Below, piece after piece: positions 28,414 to 39,065 of a DNA stretch of 64,000 bases. Position 1 is the stretch's first letter; each line of letters opens with the position of its first letter. The translations under genes and the position numbers were made by a program. A model generated the notes under the pieces. That model saw nothing but the letters and a program-made list of their open reading frames with translations, did not search any database and was not told where the DNA came from. Source of the stretch: a virus. The stretch spans positions 30,846 through 94,845 of IMG/VR virus record IMGVR_UViG_3300030099_006908; one strand, given 5' to 3'.

Positions 28414-30150
28414 ATGAGTGAAAAGTTTAGAAAATTAAGGATTCTGTGGTGCGGAGAAGCTAGCTTCCTGCATACCGGCTATGCAGTTTACGCAAAAGAG
28501 GTTCTTACCAGACTGTATAATACAGGCAAATACAAGATAGCAGAGATGGCTTGCTATGCTAGCCATGACAACCCCAATATTAATCAAGCCCCTTGGCGTG
28601 TATATCCTACAATGCCAACAAGCCAATCTGAAGCCGATGCTTATGCTTCAAATCAAACCTATCAATTTGGAGAGTGGAGGTTTGATGACATTTGCTTAGA
28701 CTTTAGACCAGATGTTGTGATAGATATAAGAGACTGGTGGATGATTGAGTACCAGCAAAGAGCCGCGTTTAGAAAATTTTACAAGTGGGCAATAATGCCA
28801 ACCGTAGACTCTCATCCACAGCAAGAACAATATCTAGCGACTTATATGGATGCAGATGCCGTGTTTACATACTCTGAATATGGCAGAGACGTTCTAGAAA
28901 ACGAAACGAACGGCCACATAAAAGTTGAGGGAGTTCCTTCTCCTGGAGCAAATTTTGATGCGCTGAAGCCACACCCAAATAAAAAACAACATAGAGAGCT
29001 TTTTGGGTTTGTCGATGATGTCAACATAATAGGAACGGTTATGAGAAATCAGCGTAGAAAACTTTATCCTAATTTAATAAGTTCCTTTAGGAATATGCTG
29101 GACAATAATCCAGACTTGCAATCAAACACATATTTATATCTTCATACTTCATATCCAGACCTGGGATGGGACCTGCCCTACTTTATAAAAAAGTACAACA
29201 TGGGCAGTCATACGATATTGACCTACAAATGTTTAAGCTGTGGAAGTTTCTTCCCGTCGTTTTTTCAGGGCGCCAAGACTTCTTGTCAAAAATGCGGAAA
29301 GATAAACGCTGTTTTACCAAACACAAGTCAAGGCCTAACAACTGAAGAGCTTGGGGCCGTTATGAATTGGTTTGATATTTATGTGCAATACTCTGTTTGC
29401 GAAGGATTTGGCATGCCACAAGTCGAAGCCGCCGCATGTGGTGTTCCATTAATTACAGTAAAATACTCTGCCATGGAAAGCGTTGGGGAAAAACTTAAAG
29501 CGGAATTCATAGAGCCAAAAAGCTTTTTCTGGGATTCTCCAACTCACTCAGAGAGAGCGATTCCTGATGATGAACAGCTATCAAAAAAAATCGCGGAGTT
29601 TGTTAGGTTGCCCAGAAGCATGAAAAGCAAGAAGGGCATGGATTGCTACATAGGAGCAAAAAGAAATTATACATGGGATAGGGCAGCAGCAATATGGGAA
29701 GACTATTTAGACAAAATTGAGCCAGAATCACACGAAGAAACATGGGAGTCTAAGCCAGAAATACACAGATATACAAATCAAATTCCAGATAACATACAAA
29801 ACAATAATGACTTTATTTCATGGGCAATTCAAAACGTTTGGGGTCAATCGGACAAAACAAATAGCTATGTGGCAATGAGACTTCTTAGAGATTTAAACGA
29901 CGGTAAGGCTCCTCAAGGCTTAGGAAGCATTCACTACGATGACAATAGCTTTGCAGACAATCAGATGTCGAGACAAGACTTTAGCGTAGAAGACGCTATG
30001 AACACTCTTGCTAATATGTGCGACTACAACAATTCTTGGGAAGAAAAAAGAGCGCAGTTATCTCAATCAAACGATTGGTCATCTATTCCCAGGCCATATT
30101 TTCTTTCTTTAGTAAAACCAGATATAAATACAACTAACCTAGCAGATTAA
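28414..30150 (+). CDS. GT-B (GT4-like) glycosyltransferase with zinc-ribbon insert
   Basis: TGYAVY, MRNQRRK, EGFGMPQVEAAACGVP; CLSC...CQKC insert. Confidence 0.85.
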   Translation: MSEKFRKLRILWCGEASFLHTGYAVYAKEVLTRLYNTGKYKIAEMACYASHDNPNINQAPWRVYPTMPTSQSEADAYASNQTYQFGEWRFDDICLDFRPDVVIDIRDWWMIEYQQRAAFRKFYKWAIMPTVDSHPQQEQYLATYMDADAVFTYSEYGRDVLENETNGHIKVEGVPSPGANFDALKPHPNKKQHRELFGFVDDVNIIGTVMRNQRRKLYPNLISSFRNMLDNNPDLQSNTYLYLHTSYPDLGWDLPYFIKKYNMGSHTILTYKCLSCGSFFPSFFQGAKTSCQKCGKINAVLPNTSQGLTTEELGAVMNWFDIYVQYSVCEGFGMPQVEAAACGVPLITVKYSAMESVGEKLKAEFIEPKSFFWDSPTHSERAIPDDEQLSKKIAEFVRLPRSMKSKKGMDCYIGAKRNYTWDRAAAIWEDYLDKIEPESHEETWESKPEIHRYTNQIPDNIQNNNDFISWAIQNVWGQSDKTNSYVAMRLLRDLNDGKAPQGLGSIHYDDNSFADNQMSRQDFSVEDAMNTLANMCDYNNSWEEKRAQLSQSNDWSSIPRPYFLSLVKPDINTTNLAD

Positions 30151-30154
30151 AAAA

Positions 30155-31339
30155 ATGAAAGTTCTTTACATAGGTTGCTACAGGGACGGAACTGGATGGG
30201 GTCACGCAGCCCAGGATTACATACTATCCCTGGACTCTGTTGGCGTAGACGTTGTTCCTAGATATATAAAGCTTAATAACAATGTTGTAGACATACCAGA
30301 AAAAATAAGTAAGCTTGAGCTAAAAAGCGACAAAGATTGCAATATTGTGATACAGCATGTTTTGCCACATATGATGGACTATAATGGAAATTTTGATAAA
30401 AATATAGCACTATATGTTACGGAAACAGACCACTGCAAAAATACAACGTGGCCAGAAAGAATAAGCTTAATGGATGAAGCTTGGGTTCCAAATAAATTTA
30501 TGGCAGAAACCGCTTGTGTAAATAGTAAAATTTCTTGCCCGCATTATGTAATTCCACACGCTGCAGACATGACAAAGTACCAAAAAGAGTATGAGCCATT
30601 AATTATACCGGAAATAGAGGGTAAATTTGTATTTTACTTTATAGGAGAAATTAACAGAAGAAAAAATCTAGGCGCAATGCTAAAGGCTTTTCACTTAGAA
30701 TTTAGACCCGAAGAGGACGTATCAATACTAATAAAAGCACATCTACCAGGACAAACAGAAGAAGAGTCGCATAGCTCGCTGTCCTCTATGTGTTCAAAAG
30801 TAAAGGAAGGGCTCAAGCTTTATGAAAAAGATTTTTATCATAAAGAGATTTTACTTTGCCAGTATTTACGCGAAGAAGAGATAATGAGACTACACAAAAC
30901 CTGCGATTGTTTTGTATCAACTGCATTTGGAGAGGCCTGGGGAATACCTATATTTGACGCAATGTCCATGGGGAAAACGCCTATATGCACAGAGACGGGC
31001 GGACCACAAGACTTTCTTGGAGACGGAGGCTATTTGGTGAAATCTAACAAAGAGTCTTGCTTTGGAGTTCTGGACTCTTTTTCTGAGCTTTATGTTGGAA
31101 ATGAATCTTGGGACGCTCCAAATATAAGTGAAATTAGAAGATGTATGAGGTCAGCGTTTGAAAATAAAAAAGAAAGAGAAAATAAAGCTCGAGCGGGTAT
31201 AGAGCAATCCTATAAATATTCGTACTCTAATATAGGGTTACTGATGAAAAGAACCATTGAGGGAGAAAATAAAAACCTTGCCTTTAATGTAAACAACGAA
31301 ATAATTAAGAAACACTGTATAGAAAATATCCTAAAATGA
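30155..31339 (+). CDS. GT4-like glycosyltransferase
   Basis: TGWGHAA, RRKNL, EAWGIPIFDAMSMGK. Confidence 0.85.
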   Translation: MKVLYIGCYRDGTGWGHAAQDYILSLDSVGVDVVPRYIKLNNNVVDIPEKISKLELKSDKDCNIVIQHVLPHMMDYNGNFDKNIALYVTETDHCKNTTWPERISLMDEAWVPNKFMAETACVNSKISCPHYVIPHAADMTKYQKEYEPLIIPEIEGKFVFYFIGEINRRKNLGAMLKAFHLEFRPEEDVSILIKAHLPGQTEEESHSSLSSMCSKVKEGLKLYEKDFYHKEILLCQYLREEEIMRLHKTCDCFVSTAFGEAWGIPIFDAMSMGKTPICTETGGPQDFLGDGGYLVKSNKESCFGVLDSFSELYVGNESWDAPNISEIRRCMRSAFENKKERENKARAGIEQSYKYSYSNIGLLMKRTIEGENKNLAFNVNNEIIKKHCIENILK

Positions 31340-32346
31340 GCAGAAGCGTAGTACAAAGTATACTAAATAATTCTACGAGAAAAAATCGTCCGTTGAACAT
31401 ATTAAGTTTTCCGACACATGAAAGGTATCAAGAAAACCTTTCTAAGACCGGCCACAATTTCTTCTTGTGGCAGGGCGAAGGAATAAAACCTTGGGTAGAA
31501 AATTACGCCGATGTTCCAAAGGGAACGGTTTTGCTAAACCCAGAAAAAGCCTCTGAACAGATACCGCTCAACATAGACATAGATTTAGTTTTGAGTCAAA
31601 ATAAGTTTGGTCAATTTAATATCGCTAAACAGATATCAGAGCAATTGATGGTGCCTTTAATAAGCCTAGAACACACGCTTCCAATGGAGACTTGGGGAAA
31701 TTATGAGATTCACCATCTTCGACAGATGCAAGGAGATGTGAATGTATTTATATCTGATTACAGCTTGAAAAAATGGGGTTGGTCAGAAGAGGATGCTCTT
31801 GTTATTCATCATGGGGTTGACACAGACTTGTTTTCTCCGCAAGATAAAATAAAAAGAGAACCAAAAGTTTTATCTGTTGTAAACGATTGGATTAATAGAG
31901 ACTGGTGTTGTGGATTCAATTTATGGTGTGAAACCACAGGATACCCAAACAGCGAATTACCCATTGATGTGGTAGGAGACACTCCTGGTTTATCTGAGGC
32001 GTCAAAATCAACACAAGACCTTATAAACAAATATAGCTCATCTAGAGTGTTTTTAAACACTTCTCTAATTTCTCCTGTACCGACATCTTTGTTAGAGGCG
32101 ATGTCATGCGGATGCGCAGTAGTGAGCACGAATAATTGCATGATTCCAGAGATAATAGAGAATGGTAAAAATGGATACATGTCAAATAATCCAAACGAGC
32201 TTAGAAGCTATGTGCAAAAACTTCTAGACAACGAAGAGCTTGCTGAACAAATTGGTAAAAATGCACGGGAAACTGTAATTTCAAATTTTGGATTAAAAAG
32301 TTTTGTATCAAGGTGGGAAAATTTATTTTTAGCCTGCACGGAGTAA
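31336..32346 (+). CDS. GT4-like glycosyltransferase
   Basis: HGVDTDLF, PTSLLEAMSCGCAVV, EIIENGKNG. Confidence 0.85.
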   Translation: MSRSVVQSILNNSTRKNRPLNILSFPTHERYQENLSKTGHNFFLWQGEGIKPWVENYADVPKGTVLLNPEKASEQIPLNIDIDLVLSQNKFGQFNIAKQISEQLMVPLISLEHTLPMETWGNYEIHHLRQMQGDVNVFISDYSLKKWGWSEEDALVIHHGVDTDLFSPQDKIKREPKVLSVVNDWINRDWCCGFNLWCETTGYPNSELPIDVVGDTPGLSEASKSTQDLINKYSSSRVFLNTSLISPVPTSLLEAMSCGCAVVSTNNCMIPEIIENGKNGYMSNNPNELRSYVQKLLDNEELAEQIGKNARETVISNFGLKSFVSRWENLFLACTE

Positions 32347-32350
32347 TTAT

Positions 32351-32836
32351 ATGAGTAAAGTAAATTTAATTTATGGGACAGGCGATGTGTTGCATACACA
32401 CATAAACATAAACCCCTTTGCCGAAAATCCCGACAATAAAAAAATAATAAGAGATGATATAATAAATATAGATAAGCATGTTGACGATGCAGAGCTTTCT
32501 GAGTTGGTTGCATATGATGTTTTAGATTATATTCCTCTGACTAAAGCCGAAGACGCGATTCATAATTGGGTTAAGAAAATTAGAATGGGAGGAAAGATTG
32601 TTCTTGGTGGAACAGACCTTATTGAGGTGTGTAAATCTCTTGCGGACTATAGGATAGACCTTGGAGAGGCAAACGTGTTAATACATGGGGAACAATCTAA
32701 ACCATATTTAATAAAAAGAGTGGGTTTTACATGCTTAGGATTATGTGATTACCTTCAGAATAAATATGCTTTTAAGATAATAAAAAAGAGGGTAAACAAT
32801 TATAAAATGGTTGTGGAGGCAGAGAGATGTCAGTAA
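32351..32836 (+). CDS. Short class-I SAM methyltransferase-like protein
   Basis: VNLIYGTG, DVLDYI..WVKKIRMGGKI; motif I is degenerate. Confidence 0.5.
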   Translation: MSKVNLIYGTGDVLHTHININPFAENPDNKKIIRDDIINIDKHVDDAELSELVAYDVLDYIPLTKAEDAIHNWVKKIRMGGKIVLGGTDLIEVCKSLADYRIDLGEANVLIHGEQSKPYLIKRVGFTCLGLCDYLQNKYAFKIIKKRVNNYKMVVEAERCQ

Positions 32837-33777
32837 AGAAAATATACAGTAAAGAAGAAGTAATGCGTGCTGTTGAGGACAACAAGGCGTTAGTAACTAG
32901 TTGTGACGGGTGCGTTTTTGCTTCAGAGAATGATATTACGAATGAAAATTTAGATGATTATTGCTCCGCTGGAAGGTTGTCTAAATTCAACGAAGTCGGG
33001 GCGGAAATAATTAGCATTGAGAGTAGGCAAAAAAATAAAAACTTTAAGCTTATAAAAGATAATATATGCAATATGCTTAGGGGAAAACCATGGGACGATA
33101 TAAAATTACAAAAAGGATATACACAGGAGGAGCTTGTAGGTGTCGCTAGAAAAGAGGTAAGCATCAAATGCACTTACTTAATATACTTCGATAATGACGA
33201 AGCAATAAAAAATGAAAATGATGAAAGCTTGAAAAGAAAAATCATAAAAGACAAGCTGCTCTGCATAGCGAAAACAATAAAAAGCGCTGAAAAAGGTATT
33301 TTAAAACCAGAAAACGTTGTTGTTATAAACAACTCTGTAATTGGCCCCTATGATTTCATCAATTATCTAAGAAGATTTATTTCTGAATTAAAAATAAATT
33401 TAAAGTGGTCCATGGAGCATATTAGCGACGATAGTATAAGGGCTTTAGATGACAAAGAAGAAGCTATGCATAGATGTGTTGATTTAGCCTCTAAGTCTAT
33501 AAAATCCATACATTGCTCAATCTTTGTTGCCGGAGACGATATTCCTACAAATTACTTAAGTGATATTGACTCTGCAATAAACGATGATTTGGAAAAGTTT
33601 TTAATATTAAAGCCAGAGGATGGAAAGAAGAGTGGAATGTTTGTTCAAAAGCTAGCCTATAAACAGTTTGGCGGAAATAAACAAAAAGAATTTATATCAA
33701 AAATTGAAGAAGAAGCGGAGTTTCAAAAGTGCCCACACTTAATACAGAGCTTGAGCAAAGTTGTCAAAAGCCAATAG
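32827..33777 (+). CDS. Hypothetical protein with Cys-rich N-terminus, possibly a degenerate GT-A
   Basis: CDGCVF..C..C; lies within the GT cluster. Confidence 0.45.
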   Translation: MSVKKIYSKEEVMRAVEDNKALVTSCDGCVFASENDITNENLDDYCSAGRLSKFNEVGAEIISIESRQKNKNFKLIKDNICNMLRGKPWDDIKLQKGYTQEELVGVARKEVSIKCTYLIYFDNDEAIKNENDESLKRKIIKDKLLCIAKTIKSAEKGILKPENVVVINNSVIGPYDFINYLRRFISELKINLKWSMEHISDDSIRALDDKEEAMHRCVDLASKSIKSIHCSIFVAGDDIPTNYLSDIDSAINDDLEKFLILKPEDGKKSGMFVQKLAYKQFGGNKQKEFISKIEEEAEFQKCPHLIQSLSKVVKSQ

Positions 33778-34475
33778 TAACCGTTGTTATACCCTGTCAC
33801 AATCACTCTGATATGGTATGCAACGCCATTGACAGCGTTATAATGCAGGACTATAGACCGATACAGATTATTGTAGTTGACGACGGCTCTACAGACAATC
33901 CCCAAGAAACGATTGAAAGCAAAGGCTATCCTGAAGAGGTTCCAATTAGCTTGATAAGAAATGAGCATGCTAAGGGCCCTTCTGCGGCAAGAAACGCCGC
34001 CATACAAGTTTCTTGGGATAGCACTGATGTGTTTATGATGCTTGATGCCGACGATTTGTATCTTCAGAATAAAGTATCGATGTCTGTAGAAAAATTTTTA
34101 AAAAACCCAGAGCTAATAGGGATTGTATACACAGACGCCATAATAAAAAACATTAATACTAAAACAGAAATACACGAATTTAGACAGCCATACAACAGGC
34201 AGTCCTTGGAAATGGAGTGCATAATTTCCAACACTCCCTTAATAAGTAAAAAAGCTTTGAGCATCGCTGGTGGCTACGATGAGGAAATGAGAACCTGCGA
34301 AGATTGGGACTTATGGCTTAGAATAACTGAAAACATGGTCGCCATACATATACCGGAGACTTTGCATGTATATCATGTAACTGGTAAAAATTCATCTGAT
34401 GTGGTTCCTCAAGAAGTATGGCAACAAAACTGGCAAAAAATAAGTCAAAGAATTATTCAAAGACAAAATGGCTAA
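33729..34475 (+). CDS. GT2 glycosyltransferase
   Basis: VVIPCHN, VVDDGSTD, GPSAARN, LDADD, EDWDLWLR. Confidence 0.92.
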   Translation: MPTLNTELEQSCQKPIVTVVIPCHNHSDMVCNAIDSVIMQDYRPIQIIVVDDGSTDNPQETIESKGYPEEVPISLIRNEHAKGPSAARNAAIQVSWDSTDVFMMLDADDLYLQNKVSMSVEKFLKNPELIGIVYTDAIIKNINTKTEIHEFRQPYNRQSLEMECIISNTPLISKKALSIAGGYDEEMRTCEDWDLWLRITENMVAIHIPETLHVYHVTGKNSSDVVPQEVWQQNWQKISQRIIQRQNG

Positions 34476-35211
34476 CTCAGCAAGAAGAAATATAACAAAC
34501 ACAAAAATTAAATTAAGTGTAAATTCTAGCGATTTGAGTATAATCATACCGGCCGCTGGCATGGGCCATAGGATGAAATCTTATGGTCCGAAAGCTCTAA
34601 TTAATTTATATAATGACACCAGCCTAATAGAGAGGCAGCTAGATATATTGTGGTCTGTATATCCAAAAGCAGAGATATTTATTGTGGTTGGCTTTGAGTC
34701 TGAAAAGATAAAGAAAAAACTAGTAAACTATCCCGTCAGATTTATACTCAACCCGATACATGAAACAACTAACGTATTATACAGTATTGGGCTCGGCATT
34801 CAGGCGACAATCTCAAAAGAGGTTATGATAGTATATGGAGATTTAATTTTCAACGACCCGGTAATAAGAAACATAAGAGGCTGTTCAAAAGCCGTCATAG
34901 AAAATTTTGGCTTTTTGAAAAAAACTGAGGTTGGCATAATAGAGCAAAACAACAATATAACAAATTTTTCTTTCGGTTTAGATACAAAATGGGCACAAAT
35001 AACATATTTGACAGACAAAGAGCTTGAACTTTTTAAACATATATCTTGCAGAAAAGATACGTCTCAGTGGTTTGGATACGAAGCGTTAAACTATGTTTTG
35101 GAGAATGGCGGAGAGATACAGCCTTTTATGCCAAAAAACATGAAAATTTTTGAAATAGACATGGCAAAAGATTTAGAAAAAATACCAAAAAGAAAATTGA
35201 CATTTGGATAG
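34468..35211 (+). CDS. Nucleotidyltransferase (LicC/choline-phosphate cytidylyltransferase-like)
   Basis: IIPAAGMGHRM...PKAL, VVGF, YGDLIF, EID...DL. Confidence 0.75.
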   Translation: MANSARRNITNTKIKLSVNSSDLSIIIPAAGMGHRMKSYGPKALINLYNDTSLIERQLDILWSVYPKAEIFIVVGFESEKIKKKLVNYPVRFILNPIHETTNVLYSIGLGIQATISKEVMIVYGDLIFNDPVIRNIRGCSKAVIENFGFLKKTEVGIIEQNNNITNFSFGLDTKWAQITYLTDKELELFKHISCRKDTSQWFGYEALNYVLENGGEIQPFMPKNMKIFEIDMAKDLEKIPKRKLTFG

Positions 35212-35230
35212 CTTGGGATATACAATAAAT

Positions 35231-35542
35231 ATGAGCGAATGCATAGACATATCTAAGTTAAAGAGAAATACAAAAATTATAGTAGAGACTGAGTCTACTG
35301 TTCTGGAAATAACTGTTGTAGGACCTAAAAGCCTAGCTGTTTCTGTTCATGGTGGCTTAAAGTTTATAAGGCCAACGAAATGCAAAATTTCTAAAGAAAT
35401 AAAGAGGGGAAAGTCAATTGCGTTCGTTTACCAAGATAAGGGTAAAACTGAAAAAATATCAACTACAAAAGTTGTTAGCGCAAGTGTTTTTAGCCCAGAT
35501 AACTCTTGGAGTTACGAAGCAATAGAAAAAAAAGAACAATGA
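35231..35542 (+). CDS. Hypothetical protein
   Basis: ATG 35231; ATGA overlap with the next gene. Confidence 0.5.
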   Translation: MSECIDISKLKRNTKIIVETESTVLEITVVGPKSLAVSVHGGLKFIRPTKCKISKEIKRGKSIAFVYQDKGKTEKISTTKVVSASVFSPDNSWSYEAIEKKEQ

Positions 35543-36519
35543 AAATACTTTTTAGACACGAAACAAACGCTTCTAACTATATATATACAGGTTTATCAAA
35601 CGCTTTGGCTGCAAAAGGCCACGACTGCGTGTTTTGGAATCAAGAATCTGTACCCGCATTTGATATGTTTGACTCTTTTGAGCCGGAAATATTTATAGGG
35701 CAGGGATACAATCTTGATAGGGCTACGATTAAGTGCTTAAAGTCTAGGCCCGACATAAAAGTTTTACTGAAAGTTGGCTGCTGGGGCCAAGTGTGCAGCG
35801 ATGTTGACATAGAAAAGTACCCTATACTTAATGCGACGGATGAAGAAATTAGAAACGTAGAAAGCATAGATTCTAAAAATCTTGTATTATTTAATTATGT
35901 CCATCCGAATAAAAAAGATTATCTCATGGGCTCATGGGAAAACTCGGTTTCAAAAACAATAGGCCTTCTTCCGGCAGCAGACCCGTCTGTTTATTTTCCT
36001 GATATTGCAGACGAGTCCTTAAAGTGCGACCTTTCTTTTGTTGGTGGTTATTGGCCGTACAAAGGTCAAAATCTAGACAAGTATATAATACCTCTTTGCT
36101 ACCCCATAGGAAAATACAATGTAAAAATATTTGGGAATCAAGCTTGGCCTGTATCTCAGTATATGGGTGTTATTGACGACAAAACTGTTAGAAAGCTTTT
36201 TTCTTCCTCATTGATATGCCCAAATGTTAGCGAACCACACGCAAATGTTTTTGGGTTTGAGGTAAACGAGAGAGTTTTCAAACTAGCGTCCTCTAAGGCT
36301 TTCTTTATATCAGACCCGATATCTTCTCTCACGGAAGATATATTTACCAAAGGGGAAGCTGTTGTAGCTACTGACCCAGATAATTTTCATTGTCTAGTTA
36401 AAGAGTTTATAAATAATCCAGAGCAAAGAGAAAAACACGCTGCCGCATGTTATCAAACAGTAATGAAAGAGCATACATACGCCCATAGAGCGCAACAAAT
36501 AATGGAGAGTTTTTCTTGA
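35539..36519 (+). CDS. CgeB-like GT-B glycosyltransferase
   Basis: AADPSVY, SFVGG, VNERVFKL, HTYAHRAQQI. Confidence 0.8.
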   Translation: MKILFRHETNASNYIYTGLSNALAAKGHDCVFWNQESVPAFDMFDSFEPEIFIGQGYNLDRATIKCLKSRPDIKVLLKVGCWGQVCSDVDIEKYPILNATDEEIRNVESIDSKNLVLFNYVHPNKKDYLMGSWENSVSKTIGLLPAADPSVYFPDIADESLKCDLSFVGGYWPYKGQNLDKYIIPLCYPIGKYNVKIFGNQAWPVSQYMGVIDDKTVRKLFSSSLICPNVSEPHANVFGFEVNERVFKLASSKAFFISDPISSLTEDIFTKGEAVVATDPDNFHCLVKEFINNPEQREKHAAACYQTVMKEHTYAHRAQQIMESFS

Positions 36520-37253
36520 GTATATTTACGTGCGACAATAAAGATGAATTTATTTACGACATTTTTCCTAATTCAAATCAAAGTTATTTTGTGGATGTTG
36601 GGGCTAGTGACGGTATCTATGGGAGCAACACCTTTTCGTTAGAAAAAAGAGGCTGGGGAGGAATCTGCATAGAGCCACACGAAGATATATTCGAAGAGCT
36701 TGAAAAAAATCGCTCCTGCAAAGTAAATAGTGGGCTCGTGTCTTTAGACAGAAGGCTTGTAGATTTCTCAAAACAAAAATACGAGCCACATATAAAAGGA
36801 AATCTTGGCAAAAAAATATACGGAGGCTTTTCTCATGCGTGGCGAGGCGGTAGCGGAATATCTGAAAATTTAAAAAGCCCGGTCGAAGCAAAGTCTTTTG
36901 AAAAAGTCAAAATAAAAACAAAAACTTTAACAGATATATTAGATGAAGAAAAAGCCCCTAGATACATAGAGCTTTTAGATATAGACACAGAAGGAAATGA
37001 CCTTAATGTTATTTTAGGTATTGATTGGGATAAGTATAGATTCGGCTGCATATTGGTTGAGTCAAATAATAAAGAGATAGAAGAAAATTTAAGAGACGTT
37101 GGGTATACAATGCAACAAGAATTTTCACAAGAATATCTATATGTAGATTTAAAAAAAGAAGGTTTAATCGAAAATGTTAAAAACGTCCAAAATATTGGTT
37201 ACTGGAGCGATAGGATTTTTGGGGAGACATGTTTGCCAGGAGCTTCTCCTTAG
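36516..37253 (+). CDS. FkbM-family methyltransferase
   Basis: FVDVGASDG..SNT..LE..GWGGICIEP, LDIDTEG. Confidence 0.85.
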   Translation: MSIFTCDNKDEFIYDIFPNSNQSYFVDVGASDGIYGSNTFSLEKRGWGGICIEPHEDIFEELEKNRSCKVNSGLVSLDRRLVDFSKQKYEPHIKGNLGKKIYGGFSHAWRGGSGISENLKSPVEAKSFEKVKIKTKTLTDILDEEKAPRYIELLDIDTEGNDLNVILGIDWDKYRFGCILVESNNKEIEENLRDVGYTMQQEFSQEYLYVDLKKEGLIENVKNVQNIGYWSDRIFGETCLPGASP

Positions 37254-38151
37254 AGGCTATTCAAACGTTATTGAGTGTGCAAACAGCCACACAACAACCC
37301 GTTATTATATTGACGGAAAAACAGGAATTCATCATTGTGACCTAAGAGAGAAGGACTCATGCAGGGCCTTAATCCAACACAACTCTCCGGATGTAGTTAT
37401 CCACCTTGCTGCTAGAGTCGGTGGGATTGGGGCAAACCAAGAACATCCAGGCACTTTCATACATGATAATTTAACAATGGGTATAAATCTTATTAACGCC
37501 TGCAAGCACTATGTTCAAAAGTTTGTTTTAGCAGGGACCGTCTGCTCGTACCCAAAATACGCAAGGGTTCCGTTTGAAGAATACGCTCTATGGGAGGGAT
37601 ACCCAGAAGAAACCAACGCCCCATATGGTATAGCAAAAAAAACACTAAGCGTTATGCTTGACGCTTATAGACAGCAATATGGGCTAAACGGAATAACTGT
37701 CATACCGGTCAACATGTACGGACCACATGATAACTTTAAGCCCGAAAGCTCTCACGTTATACCCGCCCTTATTAAAAAAATAGAGGAGGCCGGTACTGAT
37801 GGAGACTTAGAGATATGGGGAACAGGCAATGCAAGCAGAGAGTTTTTGCATGTAAGAGATTCTGCGAGGGGCATAGTTATGGCTGCGGAATCTTACAATG
37901 ACCCGTCTCCTGTAAATCTTGGCACGTATGCTGAAATTAAGATACGTGATTTAGTTAAGATATTGAGAGAAATAATGGGTCACAAAGGAGAGGTTAGATA
38001 TAATAAAGATAAGCCAGACGGACAACCAAGAAGGTGTCTTAATGTCGCTAAGGCTAAAAGGTCTTTTGGTTTTAAGGCGGAGATAGGTCTCGAGGAAGGA
38101 TTAAAAGAAACTGTTGATTGGTATATGTCAAATAAAAAGGTTGCAGTATGA
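37174..38151 (+). CDS. fcl: GDP-L-fucose synthase
   Basis: HLAARVGGIGAN, CSYPK, PEETNAPYGIAKK, NMYGPHDNF, SSHVIPALI, WGTGNASREFLHV, KPDGQPRR. Confidence 0.92.
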   Translation: MLKTSKILVTGAIGFLGRHVCQELLLRGYSNVIECANSHTTTRYYIDGKTGIHHCDLREKDSCRALIQHNSPDVVIHLAARVGGIGANQEHPGTFIHDNLTMGINLINACKHYVQKFVLAGTVCSYPKYARVPFEEYALWEGYPEETNAPYGIAKKTLSVMLDAYRQQYGLNGITVIPVNMYGPHDNFKPESSHVIPALIKKIEEAGTDGDLEIWGTGNASREFLHVRDSARGIVMAAESYNDPSPVNLGTYAEIKIRDLVKILREIMGHKGEVRYNKDKPDGQPRRCLNVAKAKRSFGFKAEIGLEEGLKETVDWYMSNKKVAV

Positions 38152-39065
38152 TAGAATCAGCCTACGCAGTTAAGCCTCACCCACTAAGTATAGTTATATT
38201 CTCAAAAGACAGGGCCGCTCAGTTAGACCTGTGCCTAAAGTCTATACACGAAAATCTTTCTAATCTTTCTGAATATTGGAATATATACATAATATATACC
38301 TCTAGCTCTAAAGAATTTGAAGATGGTTACAGGCAATTGATTAAAGAATGGTACTCAAAACCTAATGCTATATATTTTTTACCAGAAAACAAATTCAAGG
38401 GATTTAGAAAAACCCTAGAGTATTGTATGAAGCATTGGGAAGAGATGGTGTTGTTTTTTACCGATGATGATATAGTCTATAGAAAATTTGAATACAACTA
38501 TAACATTTTTACTTGGGCGTCAAAAGCACAGTGGCACCAGCACGATTCGTTTTGTACATCTCTGCGACTAGGAACAAACACTTTTGTTCAAGACCAATAT
38601 ACAAATAGCAACTGCTTGATTCCTGATGATGTTATACTGGGTGAGGGTCCAACGAGGTTTTGGAACTGGAAGGAACAGCAAAAAGACACAAATTTTGCCT
38701 ATCCATTCTCTGTAGACGGGCACGTATTTCCATTTCACATAGCGAAAAGAATGGTGAACAACACGCCTAAATACAATAACCCAAATAGCCTTGAAGGAAA
38801 AGCTCAAAACTATATACAAGACAAAATAAAAACTTTTCCAGATGAAATGTGTTGTTTTGAAAAGAGCTATGTAATAAACACGCCGCTCAACAGGGTCCAG
38901 GAAACGTGTCACAATGGAGCTGGTAAATTCTTTGGAAGCACTGCAGAAGAGCTTAATAAAAGGTTCCTTAACGGAGAAAGACTGACGCTTGAAAACATGG
39001 ATTTTAGCACCATAATTGGTGTTCATCAGGAACTTAAATTATGTTGGGAAAATAAATGCTCTTAG
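38148..39065 (+). CDS. GT-A fold glycosyltransferase-like protein
   Basis: IFSKDRAAQL, FFTDDD, SLRLG, YPFSVDG, NPNSLE. Confidence 0.65.
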   Translation: MIESAYAVKPHPLSIVIFSKDRAAQLDLCLKSIHENLSNLSEYWNIYIIYTSSSKEFEDGYRQLIKEWYSKPNAIYFLPENKFKGFRKTLEYCMKHWEEMVLFFTDDDIVYRKFEYNYNIFTWASKAQWHQHDSFCTSLRLGTNTFVQDQYTNSNCLIPDDVILGEGPTRFWNWKEQQKDTNFAYPFSVDGHVFPFHIAKRMVNNTPKYNNPNSLEGKAQNYIQDKIKTFPDEMCCFEKSYVINTPLNRVQETCHNGAGKFFGSTAEELNKRFLNGERLTLENMDFSTIIGVHQELKLCWENKCS

